From positions 14,509 to 78,508 of the forward strand of contig JBPRGE010000149.1 in NCBI GenBank assembly GCA_051418035.1: a stretch of DNA of 64,000 nt, written 5' to 3'. Position numbers and translations under genes: made by a program. This document shows positions 9,117-18,416 of this stretch, one piece after another (positions within the stretch are counted from its first letter, which is position 1; the number at the start of each line of letters is the position of its first letter). The notes beneath the pieces are model-generated. The model was not told where the DNA came from and did no database searches. It saw only the letters and a program-made list of their open reading frames with translations. The DNA is from Candidatus Longimicrobiales bacterium M2_2A_002 (GTDB lineage Bacteria > Gemmatimonadota > Gemmatimonadetes > Longimicrobiales > RSA9).

Positions 9117-9768
9117 CGGGAGGGTACCGATGCGGTCGCTGATGGGCGTCCTGGTCGTGGCCACCGTGGGGTTGGGCGGGTGCACGGAGATCGAGAACGC
9201 CATGGCGAAGGTCGACTTCCTGAACTTCATGCGGGAGTCGCCGGCCTTCGACCCGTACGAGGCGCCCCGTGTCCCGCCGGAGAACTCGGTCCCGGTGAAG
9301 GGGCCGGGCGAGGTGTGGGAGCCGGAAGTGGAGAACACGGACGCCGCGCTGCGGGCGTGGGGCGACACGATGACGAACCCGCTGCCCATGAGCGACCAGG
9401 TGGTGACCCACGGCGCGGAGGTCTACCAGACGTACTGCGCCGTCTGCCACGGTGTGGGCGGCGAGGGGGACGGCCCGATCGTGGGGCCCGGCAAGCTCCC
9501 GTTCGCCACGAACCTGCTGCTGCAGACCACGATCGACCGGACGGATGGCTACCTCTACGCCATGATCCGGCTGGGTCGGGGCCTGATGCCGAGCTACCGG
9601 CGGATCCCGCCGAGCGAGCGGTGGGCGGTGGTGAACTACCTCCGGTACCTCCAGGACGGGAACGCCCCGATCCAGGTGGAGCTGCCGGGCGGCGTCCAGC
9701 CGGGGATGGACCCGTTCAACACGACGTCCGGCGGGGACGCCGCGGCGGACACGATGGGGCAGGAGTAG
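9106..9768 (+). CDS. actE: alternative complex III subunit ActE, monohaem cytochrome c lipoprotein
   Basis: ATG 9106 (11-nt overlap with actD). Lipobox LGGC. Single CAVCH motif with a distal Met region (RGLMPSY). Confidence 0.8.
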   Translation: MRRSGRVPMRSLMGVLVVATVGLGGCTEIENAMAKVDFLNFMRESPAFDPYEAPRVPPENSVPVKGPGEVWEPEVENTDAALRAWGDTMTNPLPMSDQVVTHGAEVYQTYCAVCHGVGGEGDGPIVGPGKLPFATNLLLQTTIDRTDGYLYAMIRLGRGLMPSYRRIPPSERWAVVNYLRYLQDGNAPIQVELPGGVQPGMDPFNTTSGGDAAADTMGQE

Positions 9769-9769
9769 C

Positions 9770-11038
9770 ATGTCGCACGATCTCGGCGAGCTCAAGGAAT
9801 ACCCGCTCCGGCGGCTGGACGGCATGCCCCGCGGCGTGGTCATTGCCGCGCTGGTGCTGGTGGTGCTCGGGGCCATCGGCTTCTTCATGGGGTTGACGGA
9901 CGACGCCGATCGGGCGTGGCGCGCGTACACCTACAACTGGATCTTCTTCGCCGGCATCGCCCAGGGCGCGGTGCTGCTGGCGGCGGTGGTGGCGCTCACC
10001 CGGGGGGTGTGGTCCCGGCCGATCCGCAGGATCGCCGTGTCGTTCGTGGCGTTCCTGCCGATCGCGTACCTGATCCTCTTCCCGCCGCTCCTGATCTGGG
10101 GCGCCGACCACCTGTTCCCGTGGCTGCACCACGACGTGGGCGACAAGGCGATCTATCTGAACATGCCGTTCCTGACGGCCCGGAACCTGATCGCGCTGCT
10201 GGTGCTGCTCGGGCTGTCGCTGGCGTTCGCGTACTGGCAGCTGCGGCCGGACGCCGGGCTGGCGAAAGATGAGGGGTGGGACGGGCTCCGTCGCCTGACC
10301 AGGGACTGGCAGGGGCAGGAGCAGGAGGAGGAGAAGGCCCAGCGCAGGCTGTCGACGCTGGCGCCGATCATGGCGCTGGCCTACGCGCTGGCGTTCAGCT
10401 TCATCGCGTTCGACTTCGTCATGTCGCTGGATCCGCACTGGCTCAGCACGCTGATCGGGCCGTACGTCTTCATGGCGGCGTTCCTCGGCGGGATCGCGGC
10501 CACGGCGGTGGCGACGGTGCTGTACCGCGGCGGGCTCGGGCTCGAGGAGTACGTGGAGGGGAACAACCTACACGACCTGGGCAAGCTCTTCTTCGCGTTC
10601 AGCGTGTTCTGGACCTACCTGTTCTGGTCCCAGTACATCGTGATCTGGTACGGGAATCTGCCGAACGAGCAGAGCTTCCTGATCAACCGGCTCCAGGATC
10701 CCTACCGGGTGCTCTCGATCCTCGTCCTCTTCACCATGTTCATCCTGCCGTTCTTCGGGCTGCTGGGCGTGAAGCCGAAGAAGACGCCCGGGATCATGGC
10801 GACGATCGCCGGACTCAGCCTCCTCGGCCTGTGGGTCGAGCGCTACATCCTGATCTATCCGACGCTCTACCCGCACGTGGACAGCGTCATTTTCGGGACC
10901 ACCGAGGTCTCCATCGGGGCGGGCATGCTGGGGCTGCTGATCCTGTGCCTCGCCTGGTTCGGGAGCCGGTTTCCGATCCTGCAGGTGTGGCAGCCCGCAA
11001 CGGAGGTGGAGCTGCTGGGCGTGGAGGTCGACGAGTAG
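9770..11038 (+). CDS. actF: alternative complex III subunit ActF (second NrfD-like membrane subunit)
   Basis: ATG 9770 lies 1 nt after the actE stop. Polytopic membrane protein paralogous in character to actC. Confidence 0.85.
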   Translation: MSHDLGELKEYPLRRLDGMPRGVVIAALVLVVLGAIGFFMGLTDDADRAWRAYTYNWIFFAGIAQGAVLLAAVVALTRGVWSRPIRRIAVSFVAFLPIAYLILFPPLLIWGADHLFPWLHHDVGDKAIYLNMPFLTARNLIALLVLLGLSLAFAYWQLRPDAGLAKDEGWDGLRRLTRDWQGQEQEEEKAQRRLSTLAPIMALAYALAFSFIAFDFVMSLDPHWLSTLIGPYVFMAAFLGGIAATAVATVLYRGGLGLEEYVEGNNLHDLGKLFFAFSVFWTYLFWSQYIVIWYGNLPNEQSFLINRLQDPYRVLSILVLFTMFILPFFGLLGVKPKKTPGIMATIAGLSLLGLWVERYILIYPTLYPHVDSVIFGTTEVSIGAGMLGLLILCLAWFGSRFPILQVWQPATEVELLGVEVDE

Positions 11039-11381
11039 GGTTCCGATTTCCCTGTTGACAACGGTCGCGCGCATCTTCAGCTTGTGCATTGATCCTGATG
11101 CCCGAACACCGACCAGGGCGTATCGGAATCCCCATGCCTCCAGGTGGTTGCCACCAGCCAACAGTGCAGACTTCCTGCTTCAGGCGGGGTGCAGTCATAG
11201 ATTCTCTGACCCGCAACGGGTCTTTTCACTTTGACAAGGAATGCTTCGATCGGCGCCCGGCCCGGCCGGACGCCGCGAATTCCGGGGTCTGAGCGCCCCG
11301 GGACCTCACAGAGCGATCACGTCTGCGCCAGTCGTGAGTGATCGCGAGGATACCCTCGTCACCCCTTCCAAAGGAGGGACA

Positions 11382-14300
11382 ATGGGAACAGGAAGTCGTT
11401 TGGTTTCCGCACTTGCCATGGTCCTGATGTTCTCCACGGCGGCATTCGCCCAGGAGGACGCCACGATCACGGGCACAATCACCGACCAGGCGGGTGAGCC
11501 ACTGCCTGGCGCGACAGTTCAAGTAATAGGCACGAACTTCGGAACGCTCTCCAACGCGGAGGGTCGCTATCTGTTGCGCATCCCCGCGTCGCGCGTGGGC
11601 GGTCAGCAGATCGTGCTGCGCGCGTCCCTGATCGGGCGGGCTTCCGACAACCAGGAAGTCACGCTGGAGCCGGGGACCATGACGGTGAACTTCCGGCTCG
11701 GGGAGGACCCGCTGCGGCTGGAGGAGATCATCGTAACGGGTCAGGGCACGGCCCGTCAGCGTGAGAAGATCGGCGTCACCGTGAGCTCGGTGTCGGCCGA
11801 GGAGGTCGTCAACTCCCAGGAGTCGAACATCGTTTCGGCGCTGGCGGGGAAGGCGCCCAACGTCCAGGTGACCACCTCGACGGGTGAGCCTGGCGGTGGC
11901 GCGTACATCCAGATCCGTGGCGCCAACACGATCTACGGCTCCACGCAGCCGCTGTTCGTCGTGGATGGGATCCCCATCAACAACGACAGCTACACGATCG
12001 AGACCACCACGGCCGGTACGGCGTATTCGAACCGGGCGCTGGACCTGAACCCGGACGACATCGAGTCCGTTGAGATCCTGCGGGGTCCGGCCGCCGGCGC
12101 GATCTACGGGTCGCGGGCAGCCAGCGGCGTCGTCCTGATCACGACCAAGCAGGGCCGTCCGGGCACGAACCGGTGGAGCTACAAGCAGGTCGCCAGCGTT
12201 GACGAGGTGAACCAGACGGTCCCGCTCCAGACCGGTTGGGAGCGAGGCGAGGACGGGGCCGCCTTCCTGGCGTTCAGTGACGACCCGATCACGGTCGGGA
12301 GCACGACCTGGCCTTCGGAGAAAGCGTACTGGTACTGCTACTTCGAGGGGTTCTGCGACTTCACGGCGCAGGAGGCCGCCGATTTCGCCCAGAGCACGGC
12401 CGGGACGGACATCTATCCCGTCGGGTCGGCCAGCTGGGGCCCGCCGATCGCGGCTGGTACGGAAGTCTTCGATCACAACGACGAGATCTTCCGCACCGGT
12501 CTGAAGCTGGAAGAGGACCTCAGTTTCTCCGGCGGGAACGAGGGCACGACGTACTATCTCTCGCTGGGTCGGACGGATCACCAGGGCGTGATCGACGGCA
12601 ACTCCGCGTATGATCAGACGCAGGCGCGTCTGCGGGGCAGCCACGCGTTCGCCCCGAACCTGACGATCGGCGGGAACATCATGTACACGCGGGGCGAGGG
12701 CGACCTGATCCAGTCGGGCTCCAACATCAGCGGGATCATGCTGGGCGCCCTGCGGAGTCCGCCCGAGTTCAGCAACAAGCCGTATCTCGATCCGGAGACG
12801 GGGCTGCACCGGTCCTACCGGTATCCGAATCCGACCGAGCTGGTCCGCACCCGCGGGTACGACAACCCGTTGTGGATCGCGAACGAGCTGCTGAACACCA
12901 CGGAAGTCTCGCGGACCATCGGGCAGGTCGAGGTCAGCTACGACCCGCTGGACTGGCTGAACGTCAACTACCTGTTCGGCGTCGATTACACGAACGACGA
13001 CCGGTTCTCGATCTTCCCGAAGAGCAGCTCGGACTTCCCGGAGGGACGGCTGATCCGGGCGAACTTCATCAACACGATCTACGACTCGAACCTGGTTCTG
13101 ACCGTCGATCGTACGTTCAGCCCCGATGTGGCCGCATCGCTGACGGCCGGGCAGAACATCAACGTGAACGACTATCAGCGCTTCCAGGTCAACGGGTTCA
13201 ACCTGATCCAGGGCGCAGACCAGCTGGACTTCAACGTGGACTACTCGCCCAACGAGTACAACGATCGGGTCACCACGATGGGGTACTTCGGGCAGCTGAA
13301 CCTCGATCTGTACAACCAGCTCTACCTCACCGGTACGGTGCGCTTCGACGCCGCGTCGACGTTCGGCGCCGAGGCCGACACCTGGTTCGCGTATCCGCAG
13401 GCGACGCTGGCGTGGGACTTCACCCAGCTGGAGACGTTCCAGGACGTGGACTTCCTCAGCTTCGGTAAGCTCCGCGTGGCCTTCGGCAAGACGGGCCGCC
13501 AGCCGCCGGTGTTCTCGAACATCACCGGGTACACCGCCAGCACGCTGTCGGATGGCTGGCTGTCGCCGAACGGCCTGCGCACCATCTACCTCGGACTGGA
13601 GGGTGTGAACCAGGAGGGGACGCTCGGGAACCAGGGGATCGAGCCGGAGACCACCACAGGTCTCGACCTCGGTGCGGACCTGGCCTTCTTCGACAACCGG
13701 ATCACCCTGGCGGCTACGTACTACAGCGAGGATACCGAGGACATCATCATGGACGTCCCGGTGCCGCTGAGCACGGGCTTCACCTCGCAGTGGGCGAATG
13801 CTGCCTCCATCGAGAACGAGGGGTGGGAGCTGCAGCTGGGCGTGACGCCGGTGCGTACCGACGCCTTCGAGTGGACGCTCGAGGGGCAGTACGCCACCAA
13901 CGAGAGCTGCGTAACCGACCTGGCGGGCGCCGAGTTCGTCTCGCTGGGCGGCTTCGTCGGCTCGCTGGTCGGCCTCTATCGGCCCGACCGGGACGAGAGC
14001 GGCAACGTCACGAAGTGCTACGAGTACAACACCTTCTACGGCGATGACTGGGTCCGCTTCGGCCGTGGGACCACGGTCAGTGGCACCGACATCGACGCGA
14101 CGTACAGCGGCTGGGAAGAGGGCGATATCTACATCGGCGAGGACGGCCTGCCGATCATGGACAGCCGCCAGCGTGCGTGGGGTAACGCCAACCCGGACTG
14201 GACCGGGAGCCTGCGGACGACGTTCGACCTCCGTGACTTCCTGAGCGAGGGCAACAACCTGCGTGTATCGGCCCTGTTCGATGCCAGTATCGGCAACGAC

Positions 14301-14744
14301 ATGTGGAACGGCACGAAGGGCGCGCTCTACTACTTCGGAACGCATGAGGAGACCGCGGAGTTCCGCGGTCCTGGTGGTGAGAAGGTCTTCGAGGGCGTCG
14401 GACCGGGTGCAGGCACGCCGGTGACGCTCAACTACGTCAACTGGTTCCAGGGTGGCTTCGGTTCCGGGTTCACCGGGCCGTTCACACAGTTCATCGAGGA
14501 CGCCAGCTACGTGAAGCTGCGCGATGTCAGCATTTCCTACGACTTCGACACGTCGCTCCTGAGCAATGTGGGCGTCAGCAACATCGGAGTGCAGGTGAGC
14601 GGTCGGAACCTCTACACGTGGACCGACTACACCGGGATCGATCCCGAGTCCAACCTGCTGGGGCAGACAGCGGCGCGGGGCCTCGACTACTTCAACCTGC
14701 CGAGGACCCGTTCGTTCGTATTCACACTGAGGCTGAACCAGTAG
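11382..14744 (+). CDS. SusC/RagA-family TonB-dependent outer-membrane transporter
   Basis: ATG 11382 with AAGGAGGG just upstream. Signal peptide ending AAFAQ. Carboxypeptidase-regulatory-like N-domain (ITGTITDQAGEPLPGATVQVIGT...SNAEGRYLL). Plug (IESVEILRGPAAGAIYGSRAASGVVLITTKQG). Long beta-barrel region. Confidence 0.9.
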   Translation: MGTGSRLVSALAMVLMFSTAAFAQEDATITGTITDQAGEPLPGATVQVIGTNFGTLSNAEGRYLLRIPASRVGGQQIVLRASLIGRASDNQEVTLEPGTMTVNFRLGEDPLRLEEIIVTGQGTARQREKIGVTVSSVSAEEVVNSQESNIVSALAGKAPNVQVTTSTGEPGGGAYIQIRGANTIYGSTQPLFVVDGIPINNDSYTIETTTAGTAYSNRALDLNPDDIESVEILRGPAAGAIYGSRAASGVVLITTKQGRPGTNRWSYKQVASVDEVNQTVPLQTGWERGEDGAAFLAFSDDPITVGSTTWPSEKAYWYCYFEGFCDFTAQEAADFAQSTAGTDIYPVGSASWGPPIAAGTEVFDHNDEIFRTGLKLEEDLSFSGGNEGTTYYLSLGRTDHQGVIDGNSAYDQTQARLRGSHAFAPNLTIGGNIMYTRGEGDLIQSGSNISGIMLGALRSPPEFSNKPYLDPETGLHRSYRYPNPTELVRTRGYDNPLWIANELLNTTEVSRTIGQVEVSYDPLDWLNVNYLFGVDYTNDDRFSIFPKSSSDFPEGRLIRANFINTIYDSNLVLTVDRTFSPDVAASLTAGQNINVNDYQRFQVNGFNLIQGADQLDFNVDYSPNEYNDRVTTMGYFGQLNLDLYNQLYLTGTVRFDAASTFGAEADTWFAYPQATLAWDFTQLETFQDVDFLSFGKLRVAFGKTGRQPPVFSNITGYTASTLSDGWLSPNGLRTIYLGLEGVNQEGTLGNQGIEPETTTGLDLGADLAFFDNRITLAATYYSEDTEDIIMDVPVPLSTGFTSQWANAASIENEGWELQLGVTPVRTDAFEWTLEGQYATNESCVTDLAGAEFVSLGGFVGSLVGLYRPDRDESGNVTKCYEYNTFYGDDWVRFGRGTTVSGTDIDATYSGWEEGDIYIGEDGLPIMDSRQRAWGNANPDWTGSLRTTFDLRDFLSEGNNLRVSALFDASIGNDMWNGTKGALYYFGTHEETAEFRGPGGEKVFEGVGPGAGTPVTLNYVNWFQGGFGSGFTGPFTQFIEDASYVKLRDVSISYDFDTSLLSNVGVSNIGVQVSGRNLYTWTDYTGIDPESNLLGQTAARGLDYFNLPRTRSFVFTLRLNQ

Positions 14745-14763
14745 ACGTCAAGGAGGCGTAAAA

Positions 14764-16125
14764 ATGAGAACACACGTGCGACAGAAGGTCGCGCTCTTTG
14801 CAGCGGTGTTGCTCGCGGCCTCCATTGGCGGCTGCGGCGACCTCGTCGACCTGGATGCTCCTACGAGCAACCCGAACACGGTCGGTGAAGCAGGGATGTC
14901 GCAGTTGCTGGTGAGCGCGCAGGTCAACTCGTTCTTCTACAACGAGAGCGAGCTGGCGCGCATCTCGGCGCTGTGGACGCAGCAGCTGCTGGGCGCGGAC
15001 CGCCAGTTTGAGACACTCGAGCTGTTCCAGTACGGAGAGACGGACGGCGAGGACAACTGGTCGCTGCTGTACCGTCAGGGCGGCCTGCTCGAGATCCGTG
15101 AGGGCATAGCCAAGGCGGTAGAGCAGGAAAACGAGATCGCGGCTGGCATCCTGAAGATCCACGAGGCCTACCTGGTCGGAATGGCCGCCAGCTGGTGGGG
15201 CGCCATCCCGTACAGCGAGGCCGTAAATCTCGAATTCCCCACACCCGCACTGGATGCGCAGCTGGACGTGTACGCTGCAGTCCAGACTCTGCTCAGCGAC
15301 GCGATCAGCGACCTCCAGACCGGGACCCAGCTGGATGCGGATGTCGTTGGTGACACGGACATGAACTTCGGCGCGGACGCCGCCAAGTGGATCGCCGTGG
15401 CGCATTCGCTCAAGGCCCGTTTCTATCTCCACGTTGCGAATGCGGACGCCACCGCCTACGGCTCGGCGTTCAGCGAAGCGGCGCAGGGCGTGCAGGACCC
15501 GGCCGATAACTGGGTCGGGGTGCACACCACCACGGCGACGGAGAACAACCTCTGGTACATGTTCCAGCGGGATCGCTCCGGGTACATCATCCCGGACCCG
15601 GACATGGTCACGATGCTGGAGGACCGCACCGATCCGCGGCGGGACATCTACTTCAACGCGGATGCGGACAACATCAACATCCCTGCCACGGCCAGCTACG
15701 ATCAGCCGATCGTGAGCTGTTCGGAGACGTACGGGATCATGGCGGAGGCAGCGCTGGCGGGTGCGGGCACGGAGCAGGATGCCCGTGATGCCCTCCAGGC
15801 GATGGTGGAAGACTGCCAGGAGCCGTACTGGGAGGAGATCACCGGCGCGCCGGTCGACATCCCTGTGGATGCGCAGACCATTGCGGCTGCGGACCTGCTG
15901 TCCGAGGTCATGACCGAGAAGTACATCGCGCAGTTCCTGAACCCGGACGTGTGGATGGATCTCCGGCGGACGTGTCTGCCGGACGTGCCGCTCTCGGCGC
16001 CGTTGCCGGTGGCCATGTTCTATCCGGACGTGGAGCGGCAGACGAACCCGAACGTCCCGCAGTCGCCGCCCTCGGATTACACGGGCCTCAGCCTGCCCAG
16101 CCTCCCGGGTTACACGGGCTGTTGA
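14764..16125 (+). CDS. SusD/RagB-family outer-membrane lipoprotein
   Basis: ATG 14764 with AAGGAGG upstream, 19 nt after the SusC-like stop. Lipoprotein signal (LLAASIGGC). Size, helical composition and position match SusD partners. Confidence 0.7.
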   Translation: MRTHVRQKVALFAAVLLAASIGGCGDLVDLDAPTSNPNTVGEAGMSQLLVSAQVNSFFYNESELARISALWTQQLLGADRQFETLELFQYGETDGEDNWSLLYRQGGLLEIREGIAKAVEQENEIAAGILKIHEAYLVGMAASWWGAIPYSEAVNLEFPTPALDAQLDVYAAVQTLLSDAISDLQTGTQLDADVVGDTDMNFGADAAKWIAVAHSLKARFYLHVANADATAYGSAFSEAAQGVQDPADNWVGVHTTTATENNLWYMFQRDRSGYIIPDPDMVTMLEDRTDPRRDIYFNADADNINIPATASYDQPIVSCSETYGIMAEAALAGAGTEQDARDALQAMVEDCQEPYWEEITGAPVDIPVDAQTIAAADLLSEVMTEKYIAQFLNPDVWMDLRRTCLPDVPLSAPLPVAMFYPDVERQTNPNVPQSPPSDYTGLSLPSLPGYTGC

Positions 16126-16173
16126 GGCAGCGATGAACCGCACGGCCTAGGTACGGGCCGGGCGCAGAGGGAG

Positions 16174-16215
16174 CCGGCCGCGTGCGTTGGAACCGCGCGC
16201 GGCCGGTTTTCTGTT
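16174..16215 (+). terminator. intrinsic terminator after the SusC/SusD pair
   Basis: 13-bp stem CCGGCCGCGTGCG / CGCGCGCGGCCGG (one G-U pair), 7-nt loop, followed by TTTTCTGTT. Confidence 0.75.
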
Positions 16216-16351
16216 ATATTGACATCCCTGTCAGTCTACGCCCGTCATGATTCGCGTTCATCGCTCGTTCACAGGATGGCGGATCATGCATCGCGCAGGC
16301 GTTGAGAGATGGCAACCAACCTTCCGACAAGAGAGCATGGGGGAAGAGCAC

Positions 16352-16837
16352 ATGCGCCCATGGAGAGGGCCGGCACGCCACCGTGCGTGGAGGTCCCGAA
16401 TCGCGCTGTTCAGCCTGCCGTTCCTGCTGGTCTGGATGACCGGCTGCACCCATTACGTTCCCATCGGTCCGGACCGTCTGGATCGCGGGGACCCGGTACG
16501 CGCGGTGATCGCGCCGCGGGCGGTGGAAGTCGGCGACATTGCGGTGCGGGACGCGGAGACGGTGGACGGCGAGTTCGTCCAGATGGACGCCGATCGCCTC
16601 TACCTGTCTGCGATGCAGATCACGACCCGGAGCGGGCGGAAGTTCGAGGGTCTCGGCCACACCGTGGAGCTGGAGCGGAGCGCGGTCCAGGAGCTGATGG
16701 CGAAGCGGATCCACGTGGGCCGGACGCTGCTCTTTTCGGGCGCGATCGCGACGGGCGCGGTGCTGCTCGGGCTGCTCGTGGGCGGGGGCGAGAGCGCCGG
16801 AGAAGGTCCTCCCGGCAACGGGGGCACCCAGCAGTAG
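16352..16837 (+). CDS. hypothetical lipoprotein with C-terminal TM helix
   Basis: Track ORF 16247..16837. ATG 16352 (or 16337) gives a signal plus lipobox (LLVWMTGC). C-terminal helix LLFSGAIATGAVLLGLLVGG. No family recognised; the start is uncertain. Confidence 0.45.
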   Translation: MRPWRGPARHRAWRSRIALFSLPFLLVWMTGCTHYVPIGPDRLDRGDPVRAVIAPRAVEVGDIAVRDAETVDGEFVQMDADRLYLSAMQITTRSGRKFEGLGHTVELERSAVQELMAKRIHVGRTLLFSGAIATGAVLLGLLVGGGESAGEGPPGNGGTQQ

Positions 16838-16851
16838 CCCGGCTGCGTCGG

Positions 16852-17598
16852 TTGGCGCTGCAGGCCACCGTGGCCGGACTGGCGCTCCTGGCCGTGCCGG
16901 CATGGGCCGCGGCCCAGGATGACGCCCGGCTGCGGGTGATCGTGCGGGCCGGCGATACGATGGAGCCGCTCACGAACGCGCAGGTCGCCCTTGTCGAGCT
17001 CCAGGCCGGGGGGCTCACCGATGCCGAAGGCAGGTTCCGCCGGAGCGGACTGCTGCCGGGGGAGGTGACAGTGGTCATCTCGTCCGTGGGGTACGAGCCC
17101 GTCCAGGTCGCGGTCCAGCTCGAGGAGGGAAGGGTCACGATCGTGGAGGCCAACCTGCGGGTCGAGCCGGTGGAGCAGGAGCCGATCGAGGTTCGCGCGG
17201 TGCGAGGCGACACCCGGTCCATCCAGGAGTTCTACCAGCGTGCGGAGCGCGGCGGTGGCGGCTACTACCTCATGCGGGAGGATATCGAGCAGCTGCGGCC
17301 CCGGGACTTCAGCGACCTCTTCCGGCCGTTCCCCAGCCTGCGGCTCGACTGCAGCAACTGGGACCACTGCGAGCTGTCCACCCGATCGGCGGCCATCACC
17401 GGCGTCACGGGCGACTGCCCGATCCAGTTCTACGTCAACGGCGTGTATCAGCCGTACACGGATGTGAACCTCATGCAGCCGCAACACATCGAGGGCGTCG
17501 AGATCTACCCACGGGGACGCGGGGCTCCAGGTCGATACACCATGCGACTCTCGTCGCGGTGTGGCGTCGTCCTCGTCTGGCTCCGTCGCCGCCAATGA
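16852..17598 (+). CDS. barrel-less carboxypeptidase-regulatory-like + plug-like domain protein
   Basis: This is the 3' part of track ORF 16309..17598 that does not overlap the previous gene. TTG 16852 (alternative GTG 16870) precedes the signal peptide LALLAVPAWAAAQ. The CarboxypepD_reg-like segment is RVIVRAGDTMEPLTNAQVALVE...TDAEGRFRRSGLLPGEVTVVISSVGYEP. A plug-like segment follows (IEGVEIYPRG). There is no barrel. Confidence 0.55.
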   Translation: MALQATVAGLALLAVPAWAAAQDDARLRVIVRAGDTMEPLTNAQVALVELQAGGLTDAEGRFRRSGLLPGEVTVVISSVGYEPVQVAVQLEEGRVTIVEANLRVEPVEQEPIEVRAVRGDTRSIQEFYQRAERGGGGYYLMREDIEQLRPRDFSDLFRPFPSLRLDCSNWDHCELSTRSAAITGVTGDCPIQFYVNGVYQPYTDVNLMQPQHIEGVEIYPRGRGAPGRYTMRLSSRCGVVLVWLRRRQ

Positions 17599-18356
17599 AC
17601 CGTCGACGGGTGACAGACCTCGGGCGAGCGGGCGCACTGTTCCTCGTCCTGCTGGGGCTCGCGGGGTGTGCCGGGAGATCCGGGGGCGAGGACGGGGCCG
17701 GCCTGCCGCTCGAGCTCGGACGCCCCACGTCTGCGGACCGCGGGCTGCTGAATCCGCAGTGCAGGCCGGTCGAGGACCCCGAGTCGATGCCCCCGCTGGG
17801 AGACCTGGCCGGCCCCGGAACGCGGGGCAACCTGTCGCTGGCCACGGCGGATTTCGAGGCCGCCGATTCGGTGACGCTGTCGGTCCGCTACGATGACGAA
17901 GGTCGGCTCGCCTGGGTCCGGCCGATCGCGTCGTCGGTCGGCCCGGAGCGCACGGCATCGATCGAGTCCGTCCTGTTCGACAGCGTCATCCGCGATGGCC
18001 CCGCGAACTGGGGGTTCCGACTGGAGGTGTCCGAGGACAGGGCGGGGGTGCTCCCCTCGGTCGTGTGCCCGGTCCGGATCCGGCAGGGCGTCCGCCGGCC
18101 GGTGTATCCGCCGAGAACACTCTCGGCTCGCGCCGCGGTGGACCGCCTCGGTGGACTGCCGGTGGAGCTGGTGATCGCGGTCGACGAGCGGGGTCGTGTG
18201 GTCCATGTCAGACTTCCCCGCTCGACGGGCGACCGGGGGTTGGATCAGTATCTGATCGAGTCGGTCATGGAGATCGACTTCTTCCCCAGGACGCACGACG
18301 GCGTGCCGATCCCGAGCACGATCCGACGCTCGATTCGGATACCCCGGGCACCCTGA
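17595..18356 (+). CDS. lipoprotein with TonB C-terminal-like domain
   Basis: ATG 17595 overlaps the previous stop (ATGA). Lipobox LLGLAGC. The last ~80 aa fit the TonB_C pattern (PVYPP...VELVIAVDERGRVVHVRL...FFPRTHDGVPIPSTIRRSIRI). Confidence 0.55.
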   Translation: MNRRRVTDLGRAGALFLVLLGLAGCAGRSGGEDGAGLPLELGRPTSADRGLLNPQCRPVEDPESMPPLGDLAGPGTRGNLSLATADFEAADSVTLSVRYDDEGRLAWVRPIASSVGPERTASIESVLFDSVIRDGPANWGFRLEVSEDRAGVLPSVVCPVRIRQGVRRPVYPPRTLSARAAVDRLGGLPVELVIAVDERGRVVHVRLPRSTGDRGLDQYLIESVMEIDFFPRTHDGVPIPSTIRRSIRIPRAP

Positions 18357-18416
18357 GTCACTCCGGGCCCGACCGACGGGTCGGCCCCGGTCTCTTCAGC
18401 CGCAACCAGCGAGCGT

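Noticed and set aside
11226-14345. Very long ORFs lie antisense to well-supported genes. Examples are 11226..14345(-) 1039 aa, 39412..42609(-) 1065 aa, 49855..53031(-) 1058 aa, 4688..7177(-) 829 aa, 22054..24732(-) 892 aa and 53321..55708(-) 795 aa.
   Set aside because: Their translations are Arg/Pro/Gly/Ala-rich low-complexity strings with no motifs. Each lies opposite a gene with clear family signatures. Stop-codon depletion at ~70% GC produces such shadow ORFs routinely.
16247-17598. A possible frameshifted pseudogene, since ORFs 16247..16837 and 16309..17598 overlap for ~530 nt in different frames.
   Set aside because: The first 180 codons of 16309..17598 are Arg/Gly-rich junk. A signal peptide begins right after the stop of the first ORF (TTG 16852). 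Two separate genes explain the data without a frameshift.
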